In this document: positions 1-11,575 of the stretch, one piece after another
How the letters are laid out: every line of letters starts with the position of its first letter
Numbering within the stretch: the stretch's first letter is position 1
Source: Octopus vulgaris
Lineage: Eukaryota
Direction: 5' to 3'
Length of the DNA stretch: 64,000 nucleotides
NCBI GenBank assembly: GCA_951406725.2
Contig: OX597830.1
Span: 50,096,001-50,160,000, forward strand
Program-made: the position numbers and the translations under genes
Notes under the pieces: model-generated
The model's database searches: none
What the model saw: the letters and a program-made list of their open reading frames with translations, nothing else
Told to the model about the DNA's origin: nothing

Positions 1-109
1 CATAAAGCTGACCTTACACAAACTCAAGGTACTACATGGTGGGACTGAACCTGGAACAATGTGACTGGCCAGCAAACTTATTACCTCACAGTCATGTCTA
101 ACCAGCCCA

Positions 110-672
110 CCCAGGCGTAACTTTCCTTCATTGGACACTAAACTCCGCTTGTGAAGACCTGTTGAGGCAAGTGAAATCGAAATCAAATTCGATGACAGCA
201 CCGCATGACTGGCATCCATGCTAGTGGAGCTCTAAGAGCACCATCCAAGTGTGATTGTTGCCAGGGCAGCTGACTGGCCCCCATGCCGGTGGCACGTAAA
301 AAGCACCATTTGACCGTATTCGTTACCAGCATCGCCTTACTGGCACTCGTGCTGGTGGTACGTGAAAAACAACATTCGAGTGAGGGTGTTGCCAGTGACG
401 CTGGACTGGCTCCTGTGCAGGTGACACGTAAAAGCACCAATTGAGCGTGGCTGTTGCCAGTACTGCTTGACTGGCCCGCGTGCCAGTGGCACATAAAATG
501 CACCCACTACACTCTCGGAATGGTTGGCGTTTGGAAGGGCATCCAGCTGTAGAAACTATTCCAGATCTGACTGGAACCTGGTGCAGCCATCTGGCTCACC
601 AGTCCCCAGTCAAACCATCCAACCCATGCCAAAATGGAAAGTGGACGTTAAACGAAGATGATGATGATGATG
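110..672 (+). mobile_element. RTE LINE 3' UTR fragment with (GAT)n tail
   Basis: Homologous to 3500-4042: ~60-bp GTGGCACGTAAAAAGCACC repeats, GGAAGGGCATCCAGC motif, (GAT)n tail. Confidence 0.85.
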
Positions 673-696
673 AATTATAAAAATATAATTATATAT

Positions 697-3495
697 ATTG
701 AGGTAATCAGAGTATGTGACAGAATACTTAAGATTAGATTAGTGCTTCATCATAGTTTAGCAACCATTACATCAGCCTATGCTCCTCAGTCGGGGCTACC
801 CGATGGACAGAAAGACCGATTCTATGACACTCTACTGCAGACTACCTTGTTGACGAATGACAGAGACCTTATCTTTGTGGCTGGTGACTTCAATGGTCAC
901 ATTGGACGACATGCTGGGGGCTTCCATGGCGTACATGGAGGCGATGGCTATGGCTCCCGCAACGAGGAGGGAACCAGGCTGCTGGAGTTCTGCGATGCAA
1001 ATAATCTTATGATTTGCAACACTAACTTCAGGAAACCTACCAGCCACCTAGTCACTTACCGATCGGGCCAACATACCAGCCAAATTGACTACATCCTTGC
1101 AAGGCAAAGGGAGAGATGGCTGCTTATAAATGCCAAAACTTTCCCAGGTGAAGAATGTACCCCACAACATAGACTGGTAGTTAGTGACTTTAGGATCAGG
1201 ACTAGGAGGACAACCAGAAGATGACCAATATGGAGAAGAAGGATCTGGAAGCTTAAAGATCCTGCAAATGGACAGAGATTTAGGGACATATTACTTGAAG
1301 CCTTTGACGAAGTAGAAGGGGATAGAGCATCACAGGGGGTAGAAGACAACTGGATGTTTCTAAGGGACAACCTGCTGAGAGACACTGACCAGATCTGTGG
1401 CTGGTGCAAAGTCCCCTCTCGACCTAGAATAACGTGGTGGAGGAACAATATTGTAGACAGGGCTATTAGAGAAAAGAGACAGGCTTGGAAGGTCTGGAAA
1501 AATGGGGGTAGCAGGGAATTGTATCAGACTGCCAAAAGAGAAGCTAGGAGACAGGTTTATTTAGCCAGAGGGGAAGCAGATAAGAAAAAATTTGCCAATG
1601 TTCTGCGCCGTGAAGACCAAAGACTGGAGGTGTTTCGCGTTGCAAGACAGTGTGTGAGAGAGAATCGTGATGTGGTAGGAGAGAAGTGTGTTCGCATGGA
1701 AGATGGTTCACTTGCGCTAAATGAGTATGCAAAGAGAGAGGTTTGGAGATGCCACTATGAAAGGTTGCTGAATAAAGAAAATGAATGGGATAAAGAGAGT
1801 CTGCTGAATGTTGACCCAACAGAGGGACCAGCTATCCGAGTTGATAGTTCCGTGGTAGCTAAGGCAATTAGAAGCATGAAGACAGGGAAAGCCCCAGGCC
1901 CATCAGGAATCACTGCAGAGATGCTCAAAATGTCTGGTAGTGTCGGCTATAGCCTAGTCACCCGTATAGTTAATCAGGTGATACACAAAGGAGTCATACC
2001 CAATGACTGGTGTAGCAGCATAATAGTCAACTGCTACAAAGGTAAAGGTGACGCCCTAGATACAAATAACTACAGAGGTATCAAGTTGTTGGATCAGGTG
2101 ATGAAGATTACGGAGAGGGTCATAGCCCAACTAATTAGAGAGAGAGTTAGTTTAGATGAGATGCAGTTTGGGTTTGTGCCCGGGAAAAGTACTACTGATG
2201 CTATATTCCTGGTAAGGCAGCTGCAGGAGAAATACCTAGCCAAAGATAAGCCCCTGTACCTGGCTTTTGTTGACATGGAGAAAGCCTTCGACAGGGTCCC
2301 CCAATCCCTTATCTGGTAGTCAATGAGGAAACTAGGGATAGATGAATGGTTAGTGAGAGCTGTGCGGGCCATGTATAGGGACGCTGCTAGTAAGGTGAGG
2401 GTTGGCAACGAGTACAGTGAAGAATTCCGGGTAGAGGTAGGGGTCCACCAAGGCTCAGTCCTCAGCCCCCTCCTATTTATCATAGTCCTCCAGGCAATAA
2501 CGGAGGAATTCAAGACAGGATGCCCTTGGGAGCTCCTCTATGCTGATGACCTTGCTCTAATTGCTGAGTCGCTATCAGAACTGGAGGAGAAGTTTCAGGT
2601 GTGGAAACAAGGATTAGAATCGAAGGGCCTCAGAGTCAATCTAGCTAAAACCAAAGTCATAATCAGTAGGAAGGTAGACAAATCACAAACGCCTTCAGGT
2701 AGATGGCCCTGCTCGATCTGTAGAAAAGGTGTAGGTAGAAACTCTATAAGATGCACCAAGTGTAAGCTATGGACACCTAAGAGGTGCAGCAATGTCAAAG
2801 GAAGGCTAACTAGGAAGATGGTTTTTGTATGTGGCAGATGCTCAGGAACAATAAACACTGAAAATGTTCTGAGACCAACTTCCGTCACTTTCCAGGGAGA
2901 AAAACTAGAAATAGTTGATAGTTTCCGTTACCTAGGTGACCAAGTCAGCAGCGGGGGCGAGTGTGCTGAAAGTGTAACTGCTAGAGTAAGAATAGCTTGG
3001 GCAAAGTTCAGAGAGCTCTTACCTCTGCTGGTGACAAAAGGCCTCTCGCACAAAGTGAAAGGTAGACTGTATGGTGCGTGTCTATGAACAGCCATGCTAC
3101 ATGGCAGTGAAACATGGGCCGTGACTGCTGAGGATATGCGTAAGCTCGCAAGAAATGAAGCCAATATGCTCCGATGGATGTGTAATGTCAGTACTCATAC
3201 TCGGCAGAGTGTAAGTACCTTGAGAGAAAAGCTGGACCTAAGAAGCATCAGTTGTGGTGTGCAAGAGAGACGTTTGCGCTGGTATGGTCATGTGGCGAGA
3301 ATGGATGAAGATAGTTGTGTGAAAAAGTGCCACACCCTAGCGATTGAGGGAACCTGCAGAAGAGGCAGACCCAGGAAAACCTGGGACGAGGTGGTGAAGC
3401 ACGACCTTCGAACTTTAGGTCTCACTGAGGAAATGACTAGAGACCGAGACCTCTGGAAGTGTGCTGTGCGCGAGAAGACCCGGCAGGACAAGTGA
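697..3495 (+). pseudogene. RTE ORF in one reading frame broken by three in-frame stops (1222-1224, 2317-2319, 3085-3087)
   Basis: Track ORFs 658, 1354, 2323 and 3094 are all in the same frame, and the intervening codons are open. Confidence 0.9.
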
Positions 3496-4042
3496 GTCCA
3501 TAACCCGTGGCCTTCTACATGGGATGGGGCCAGCCTACGTATGCATACCTTCCCTTCTTGGGACACAAAACTCTACTTGTAAAGACCTGTTGAGGCAAGT
3601 GAGGATCAGAATCGAAATCGATCAATGGAAATTGCAGATGTGTTACCAGTGCCGGTGGCATGTAAGAGAACCTTCCATTTCGTGACCGTTGCCAGCGCTG
3701 CCCTGACTGGCCTCATGCCGGTGGCACGTAAAAAGCACCATCCGTTCGTGTCCGTTGCCAGCCTTGCCTGGCCCTCGTGCCGGTGGCACATAAAAAACCA
3801 CCATCCGTTCATGGCCGTTTGCCAGCTCTGTCTGGCACCTGTGCGGGTGGCACGTAAAAAGCACCCACTACACTCACGGAGTGGTTGGCGTTAGGAAGGG
3901 CATCCAGCCGTAGAAACACTGCCAGATTTGACTGGGCCTGATGAAGCCTTCTGGCTTCACAGACCCCAGTAGAACCGTCCAACCCATGCTAGCATGGAAA
4001 ACGGACGCTAAACGATGATGATGATGATGATGATGATGATGA
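697..4042 (+). mobile_element. 5'-truncated RTE-clade LINE (APE endonuclease part + RT + 3' UTR + (GAT)n tail)
   Basis: AYAPQ, GDFNGH, SQIDY (endonuclease); KAPG, YRGIKLL, QFGF, FVDMEKAFD, GVHQGSVLSP, YADD, FRYLG, RLRWYGHV, GRPRKTW (RTE RT and C-terminus); microsatellite tail. Confidence 0.95.
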
Positions 4043-4227
4043 CACACAGACACATGAGAGAGAGAGAGAGAGTGTGTGTGTGTGTGAGTGCACATGCATA
4101 GATATGTGTATTCATGGAAAAAAGTGAAAATACAAAACTTCCAGTAAGGGAAATCTTAATTTTTAATTATTATTGATAATTAACTCTATGTTATGTATTG
4201 AACAGTCTTTCCTTATATTTTATATGC

Positions 4228-4276
<49 letters not shown>

Positions 4277-4458
4277 TAAGGAAAGCAGTAGAATGTAAGG
4301 AAAGTAGTAGATGGAGTGGTGTGTGTGTGTGCATCTGTTTACTATTCATCTGCGCGCACACACACACACACTGAAACACACACACACACACACACACATA
4401 TTATATATATACATAATCAGAACAGCAATAGAGAAAGAAATATGTATATAAAGATAAT

Positions 4459-4494
<36 letters not shown>

Positions 4495-5230
4495 ATGGGA
4501 TGTGTGTAATAAAAGACAGGTTTTGTTTATGCTGGCAGCTTATTAAATAAAAATAGATAACCCTTCCCCATAAACAAGGGGGGAGGAAGGGTCTGTTCAT
4601 GGTGGTGTTGGTGGTGGTAGTGGTGGTGATGGCGGCAGTGGGGGGTGATGGTGGGAGAGTATGTCCATCTGCTGAGTGTTCAATGTTAGAAATAGGATAA
4701 AAATAATCTTAAAAATTCATTGCTACCTTTGTTGCCATAGTTACTGGAATTGGTAAATCAATAGCAGTGTCTTCTGTGGTTGATTGATTTATAAACTTGA
4801 CATTGTGATATTGCTGCTATTGTTGTTGTTGTTGTTGTTGCTGTTGTTGTTGTTGCAGTTGTTGTTGTTGTGGTCTTTCTTGTAGACATAAGGTAGAGTT
4901 CTTGGGTTGGTTGAAAAGGGATAGAGTGATGGGGGGGGGATAAGAGAGGACTAGATAGAGAGAGAGAGAAACAGGGGAAAGAGAGAGGGGGAGAAGAGAG
5001 CTAAAAAGTCCCAGGGAACTTCCAACTGACATGATTTTGATAATTTTATGCAAACCTGATATTTGCAACTACTTCGGCCACTCCTCCTAAAAAGCCCAGT
5101 GACATTAACTCTGACCTGTAAGTTTATAAGTTTGACCCCTCAAAGCATCTGTGACTATGACTCCTCTATCTTCCCACGACTGATATTTCATCTTAGAAGC
5201 CATAATCCATGCAAAAATTTCCCTACTATA

Positions 5231-5601
5231 GGCTCAGGAGTGGCTGTGTGGTAAGTAGCTTGCTTACCTACCACGTGGTTCTGGGTTCAGTCCCGCTGCA
5301 TGGCACCTTGGGCAAGTGTCTTCTACTATAGCCTCAGGCCGACCAAAGCCTTGTGAGTGGATTTGGTAGACAGAAATTGAAAGAAGCCCATAGTGTATGT
5401 CCCCACAATATTGCTTGACAACCGATGCTGGTGTGTTTACGTTCCCGTAACTTAGCAGTTCAGCAAAAGAGACCGATAGAATAAGTACTAGGCTTACAAA
5501 GATTAAGTCCTGGGGTTGATTTTCTCGACTAAAGGTTGTGCTCCAGCATGGCCACAGTCAGATGACTGAAGCAAGTAAAAGAGTAAAGGAATAAAGTAGA
5601 G
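5231..5601 (+). mobile_element. tRNA-derived SINE family A
   Basis: A-box-like GTGGCTGTGTGG, B-box-like GGTTCAGTCCC, CCTTGGGCAAGT core-like motif, GTAAAAGA tail; many copies in the window. Confidence 0.85.
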
Positions 5602-5721
5602 TACTTCGTATTTTAGGTACAGATAACTTACACTGCATCTAAGTTGGTGCAGCAACTCACATGCACCTCCTAGGCTGCTTCCAAAGAAAACAAATCCAGT
5701 GACCTGATTAATATGAAGTCC

Positions 5722-5920
5722 TCACTAACACACACCAATATGCTGTGTATGGGTGAGGCCTTCTATCCCACAAATGGGACACCTGCTCCATAGATAGGCT
5801 ATCTCCTGTCACTAACCCACACTAATATTCTGTGTTGGTGAGGACTTCTGTCTCATAGATAGGACCTCTGCTCCATTGATCTGATGCTGTCTCTCGTCAC
5901 CAACACCTCTCCAAAATATG
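5722..5920. repeat. Diverged ~87-bp tandem repeat, ~2.3 copies
   Basis: CACTAAC...AATAT.CTGTGT..GGTGAGG...CTGCTCCAT recurs at ~87-bp spacing. Confidence 0.65.
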
Positions 5921-6039
5921 TCCCAGCTTCTCTTAGTGTTTTCTTTCTCTGCTTCATTCTCCCCAGCATCTTGGAACCGAAGGATCTTGTGCCATCAACA
6001 AATTGGCATGTCAACTCAATCACTGACGCTCATCTAAAT

Positions 6040-6615
6040 TCATCATCATCGTTTAACGTCCGTTTTCTGTGCTAGCATGGGTTGGACGGTTCGACCAGGG
6101 TCTGGGAAGCCAGAAGGCCGCACAAGGCTCCAGTCTGATCTAGCAGTGTTTCTACAGCTGGATGTGTTTCCTAATGTCAACCACTCTGTGAGTGTAGTGG
6201 GTGCTTTTTACGTGCCACCGGCACAGGGGCCAGATAGGGCTGGCAAACGGCCATGATCAGTTGGTGCTTTTTTGTGTCACCGACATGGACGCCAGTCAGG
6301 CGGCGCTGGCAACTGCCACGTTCGGACGGTGCTTTTAACGTGTCACCGGCACGGGTTTCCATTTGATTTTCATTTTGATCTTGGTGTTAATGTACTTGAC
6401 TCAATAGGTCTCCTCAAGAACAGCAGGTCACTCTACAATCCAAGGTTAGCACAGCAGGCTGTCCTGCGAGTCATGGACTCTTCATTTGTTCGGTCTTCGA
6501 AGTCACAGCATGTCTCCAGAGGTCTCGGTCTTTCGTCGTAGCCTCTGTGAGGCTCAACGTACGAAGGTCATGCTTGACCACTTCGTCCCATGTCTTCCTG
6601 GATTTACCTCTACCC
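6040..6615 (-). mobile_element. RTE LINE 3' fragment (end of ORF + 3' UTR + tail)
   Basis: Reverse complement of the KTWDEVVKHDLRTL region and the 3' UTR. Confidence 0.85.
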
Positions 6616-7037
6616 AGATCATCCTACCTCAATGGTTTCACAATACATCCTAGAACTAATCTTTCCTTCTTTGGACATACCCCCTGTATATATTTATCCA
6701 CTAGCTGTCACCTATTCGTGTGGAACATTAAACTATGTTGCCTTTGGTGACCATGGAGGCAACTACTATAGCAATGGGAACTGCCCAGTCTTCTACACAA
6801 ATCCTGTATAGACTTTACGAAATTTCTGAAATTCCAATATTTGCATTAAAGGTGGTGGTGGTGAGCATCATAAAGAACTCTTAAATGATCCAATTATGAA
6901 GGGCTTTTACAGGATTTCTGTAACCCTAAAGAAGTGTTGTTATTGTTGTTTGGCATCAGGCTAATGTTCATCATCATCATCACCAACATTTAATATCTGT
7001 TTTCCATGCTAGCATGGGTTGGGCGACTTGATAGGAA

Positions 7038-7388
7038 CTACAGTCCTATAGTAAAGAGATGAGGAATTATGTACATTATTTACATTTGACAGATATTTGT
7101 CCTCATCTTGTTTGTTGTTAACACAACGTTTCGGCTGATATACCCTCCAGCCTTCATCAGGTGTCTTGGGGAAATTTCGAACCTGGGTTCTCATTCCTAA
7201 GGTATTTTTCGACGTTATTATTAATATTATTATTATTGTTCAGATCACTGCCTAGAATCAAACTTGGAATTTTGGGGTTAGTAGCCTGCGCTCTTAACCA
7301 TTACGCCATATGTCCGTTGGCATATGGCACAGTGACCTGAACAACAACAACAATAATAACAACAACAATAATAATAATAATCATAATC

Positions 7389-7419
<31 letters not shown>

Positions 7420-7572
7420 CAACATTGAAAAATACCTTAGGAATGAGAACCCAGGTTCGAAATTTCCACAAGACACCTTAAGAATGCTGGAGGGTATATC
7501 AGCCGAAATGTTTTGCTAACAACAAACAAGATGAGGACAAATATCTGTCGAATGTATATAATATAAATAATG
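7038..7572. mobile_element. Head-to-head fold-back insertion of a tRNA-headed, hammerhead-containing retroposon
   Basis: Minus-strand copy ~7042-7311 and inverted plus-strand copy ~7321-7572. TTGATAGGAA is duplicated at 7028-7037 and 7573-7582. The unit interrupts an older RTE-tail element (6968-7890). Confidence 0.8.
7120..7165 (-). ncRNA. Minimal type-I hammerhead ribozyme (Penelope-type)
   Basis: Minus strand reads GACAC-CUGAUGA-A-GGCUG[GAGGGUAUAU]CAGCC-GAAA-CG-U-U-GUGUU. Core intact, 5-bp stems I and II, palindromic ACGU stem III. Confidence 0.75.
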
Positions 7573-9024
7573 TTGATAGGAAATGTCAAGACCAGGAACC
7601 ACACCAGGTCCCATAGTCTGCTTTGGCTTGGTTTCTACAGCCAGGTGCCCTTCCTAATGCCAAACACTTTACAGAGTATAGTGAGTGTTTTTTACATGGC
7701 ACCATCCACCAATGCTTTTTATGTAGAACCAGCACCCACACCAAATGCTTTGTAAATAGCACCTTGGTTTTAGGATACCAATTCTGTTGAGTGGGGCAGT
7801 TCTTCATGAGCACAGTAATGTGCCACATACCTTGGTCCTCTGTCATCTCCTTTGTATGTCTTAGCATTTTGAGATCAGCTTTCAAGCAAATTTCTAACCA
7901 TAGGTGTTTCCTCCATGACCATTCAGTCTCTTATCTATATATATCTTTGACTTTCTTGTAAGACAGTATATATAGTAAGCTTTGGAAGAGATTTGACTAC
8001 TGTTTCTAGCAGTTTCAGTGTGTATGAAGGGGCTGCCTTGTTAACATATACTCTAAACACTTTGTTGAGACAGTATCTCTCACTCACGTATTCCTATAAA
8101 GAAAACCCAGAAAGCCCCTGATTCTGTACCTTTGATCATAATTAAACAGACAGAAGAGGTTCCAAGCAGGGTTATCAAATTTTCAGTTTATGTACCTAGC
8201 AACCCAGCCCTCAATGATGTGTGTGTTGATAAAACTGCTCTCTTGAAATTTGACCATTAACTGAAAACATCAGTGTTTGAAAAATAATAGAGAATCTGAT
8301 ACAACTACAACAAAAGTAACAAAAACAACAACAATAGCAATAATTGTAGTATCTACATGTGTGTGTGTGTGTGTATGTGTGTGTATGTGTGTGTGTGTGT
8401 GTGTGTATAGATTTAAAACTAATGATAAGAATAACTGCACCAAAAGACAAAGTGAGAATAAATTGTAGTTAATAGTTTGATGCTCAATGAAAGATTAAGA
8501 GAGTGAAAGTGTCTTTGATGTTTTGAGCTTAAACTCTTCTTCGTAAAGTTAGATAATTAGAAGTAAAAAAAAAAAAGAAATGGCAAAAACAGAGAAATGT
8601 GAGTTGGTTTCTGTCAGGTCATGGGGAAAACCAAGGAGGTTAAATGACCGGAAGTGACATAGAAGGAACAAAGTTTCTTATAAACACGAACAACAGGAAG
8701 GTAAGAGTGCATAAATTACATATGTGTGCATGTGTTTGTAAGTGTGTGTGTGTGTGTATATTTAGTGAAAGTGACTGTGCATCAGTATGGAGGTTGTATG
8801 TCAGTTATGTGAATGTACTTGTGTTGTGGCTGTGTGGCTGTATGCTATTAAGCCAAGTATGTGTGTATGTGTGTACATTGTGAATCCAGTATGTATGAAG
8901 TGATGAATAGATAATATGTGTGTGTGTGTGTCGATTACAGTAGCATGAAACTTGAATCACGAGATAGTAATTTAGTTTCAATAAACTATATCTAAATATA
9001 ATATATATATATATATATATACAC

Positions 9025-9185
9025 TATGGGCTTCTTTCAGTTTCCGTCTACCAAATCCATTCACAAGGCTCTGGTCAGCCTGAGGCTATATTAGAAGACA
9101 CTTGCCCAAGGTGCCACACAGTGAGACTGAACCTGGAACCATGTGGTTGGGAAGCAAGCTTCTTATCACATAACCCTACCTGCAC

Positions 9186-9190
<5 letters not shown>
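9025..9190 (-). mobile_element. SINE family A, head half
   Basis: Reverse complement of the 5231 head. Confidence 0.8.
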
Positions 9191-9226
<36 letters not shown>

Positions 9227-9288
9227 ACAACTAAATAGATGGGATAGTCATGGGTGGATTAAATGTGAGGCTAAACAAATACAATAGA

Positions 9289-9357
9289 CAAGATGAGGAC
9301 AAATATCCGTCAATTGTAAATAATGTAAATAATTCCTCATCTCTTCAGTATAGAACA
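9289..9357 (+). mobile_element. 3' end fragment of the hammerhead retroposon family
   Basis: AAGATGAGGACAAATATC...AATTCCTCATCTCTT..TATAGAAC matches the ends at 7042-7110 and 27795-27862. Confidence 0.7.
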
Positions 9358-9579
9358 AGTAAAACTTGGACTGTAAGTTTTTAATTGTCTGAAAGCTGCA
9401 GGTGAGAACAGGTGAGGAGAGAGGGAGGCTGAGAAGTGTGTGTGATTGTGTAGGGAGTAAGTAGTGAAGAAAGAGGAAGGAGATAAGGAGGTGAGAGTAA
9501 AGCAGGAGGAGGTGGTGATGTGGAGGAGGGAGTGAAGATGCTAAAAATTATAGTAAAAAGGGGGGAAGGGGAGATGGAA

Positions 9580-10503
9580 ATATATATGCATATATATATA
9601 CATATATATGCATATATATATATGTATATGTATATATGCATATATATACATGTATATATATATGCATATATATACGTATATACATACATATAAATATATA
9701 AATATACACATACATATATATACACTATATACATATATACACACATATCTAGATATACACACACACATATATATATATATGATATGTATTCATATACATA
9801 TACATAGATATATATATGCATATGCATATATACACACATAGGCAGTACAAGTAGAATGGAAGAAGAAGGAAAGATAAGTGGGGGAGAAAGGGAGCTTATT
9901 TAGGGGCTAAAGAAAAGGAGAAGCAGAGAAGGGAAAGAGTTAGTGAGAAGAAAAAGGGTGAAACAAGGGAGGCGGGAGTAGTGTTATGAAGGAACATCAG
10001 ACATGATGGTGGTAAGAAGAGGAGGAAGTTGTGGTGGATGAAGAAAGTTCACAGACGGATCGGATTTTGTTAGTAGAAACTAGTATGTGTGTGAGTTTGT
10101 GCATATACACGTGTAGGTACATACATATATATATATATATATATACATATATATAGATATACATATATGTATATATGCATATACATATATATACATATAT
10201 ACATATACATATATATATATATGTATATATATATACATATATACATACATATGCATATATAAATATACGCAATATACATACATATATATACACATATCTT
10301 CATATATACACACTCACACACATATATATGTATTCATACATATATACATATATACATATACATAAATATATATATGCATATACATACATGCACACATACA
10401 TATATATATATGCACACATACATATATATACATATATATACACACACACATACATACACACATATATATACACAGAGATACACAATAATCACGTATATAC
10501 ATA

Positions 10504-10549
<46 letters not shown>

Positions 10550-10690
10550 ATAACACAAGCACGTGTGCACGCATACATATGTCAATGATGCAGACATCAT
10601 TCACACACATGCAGTACACACAGCCATGCACAGACACATATAGACAAACACTTGACTCAACAAACACACACACACACACACACACACATA
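9580..10690. repeat. Degenerate (TA)n/(CA)n/(TACA)n microsatellite field
   Basis: Direct inspection; source of many spurious Y/I/M/C/V ORFs. Confidence 0.95.
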
Positions 10691-10921
10691 GCAACAGACT
10701 GGGGTAATAGTGCGGCGCCAGTTTAAAGACATCGCTACATCAATGATTAAAGTTTAATTCCATTTATTTAATCATTTATGAGTCAAACTATACAGGAATG
10801 GTAAAATAATGGTTTTATTCTTGAATAGAAGAAAAAAACTTTTTGCTCTTTTCAACAAAGGCATTTTTATTGACAATATTCAATAAAGCCACGAAAATTG
10901 ATGTCATTTAATTTTAGAAAT

Positions 10922-11150
10922 TCATCATCATTACTGCTCTAACGTCCACTTTTCCATGCTAGTATGGGTTAGATAATGTTTATTGAGTCAAATTTTCCAC
11001 AGACAGATGCTTTTCCTGTCACCTGTATCTAAGCAAGGTAATATTTCCCCAAGGCTTGGTGACACCGCTTATGTGACAGTGACACTCATTTACGACTAAC
11101 ACATGATGTCAAGACACGGCAATACAAACATACACACTTACACACACACA
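10922..11150 (-). mobile_element. SINE-like family D sharing the RTE 3' end
   Basis: AAGCAAGGTAATATTTCC body joined to a CATGCTAGCATGG-like/(TGA)n RTE-type end. Related copies at ~12520-13050, 25365-25620 and 48880-49105. Confidence 0.6.
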
Positions 11151-11272
11151 CTGGAGCAACGTGAAATAAAGTGTCTTTCTCAAGAACACAAAACACAGCC
11201 CGGTCCAGGAATCAAACTCACAACCTCATGATCGTAAGCTCTATGCTCTAACCACTGAGCCATGTGCCTTCC
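11150..11272 (-). mobile_element. tRNA-derived SINE family C head
   Basis: Minus strand TGGCTCAGTGGTTAGAGC...GAGTTTGATTCC then TGTGTTCTTGAGAAAGACACTT. Related pieces at ~36640-36730 and 50010-50115. Confidence 0.65.
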
Positions 11273-11374
11273 AGTTGAGCACTAGAGTCAAGGTAAACAA
11301 GCAGCCCCCTCCCCAAAATTTTCAGGCCAATTGTAGAAAGAATTATTATCAATATTAAGACAGCAAGTAAGTTG

Positions 11375-11575
11375 GTGAGTTGGCAGAATCATTAGAATGC
11401 TTTGCGGAATTTCATTTATCTTCACGTTCTGAGTTCAAATTCTACCAAGGCTAACTTTGCTTTTCATCCTTCCAGGGGTTCAATAAAAAAAGCACCAGTT
11501 GAGCTCTGGGGGTCGATATAATCAGCTTACCCCTTTTCCCCATATTGCTGGCCATGCGCCAAAATTTGATGCCAA
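11375..11575 (+). mobile_element. SINE family B (degenerate)
   Basis: TGGCAGAATC.TTAG...GAGTTCAAATTC...CTTTGC.TTTCATCCTT..GGGGT motif shared with 53132-53365. Confidence 0.7.

Noticed and set aside
1089-3566. Minus-strand ORFs overlapping the LINE
   Set aside because: Antisense shadows of the RTE coding frame.
9381-10707. Many 60-190 aa ORFs rich in Y/I/M/C/V/H/T (also at 18.4-19.3, 41.4-43, 59-60.4 and 62.3-64 kb)
   Set aside because: Translations of (TA)n, (CA)n and (GA)n microsatellites; no splice or domain support.
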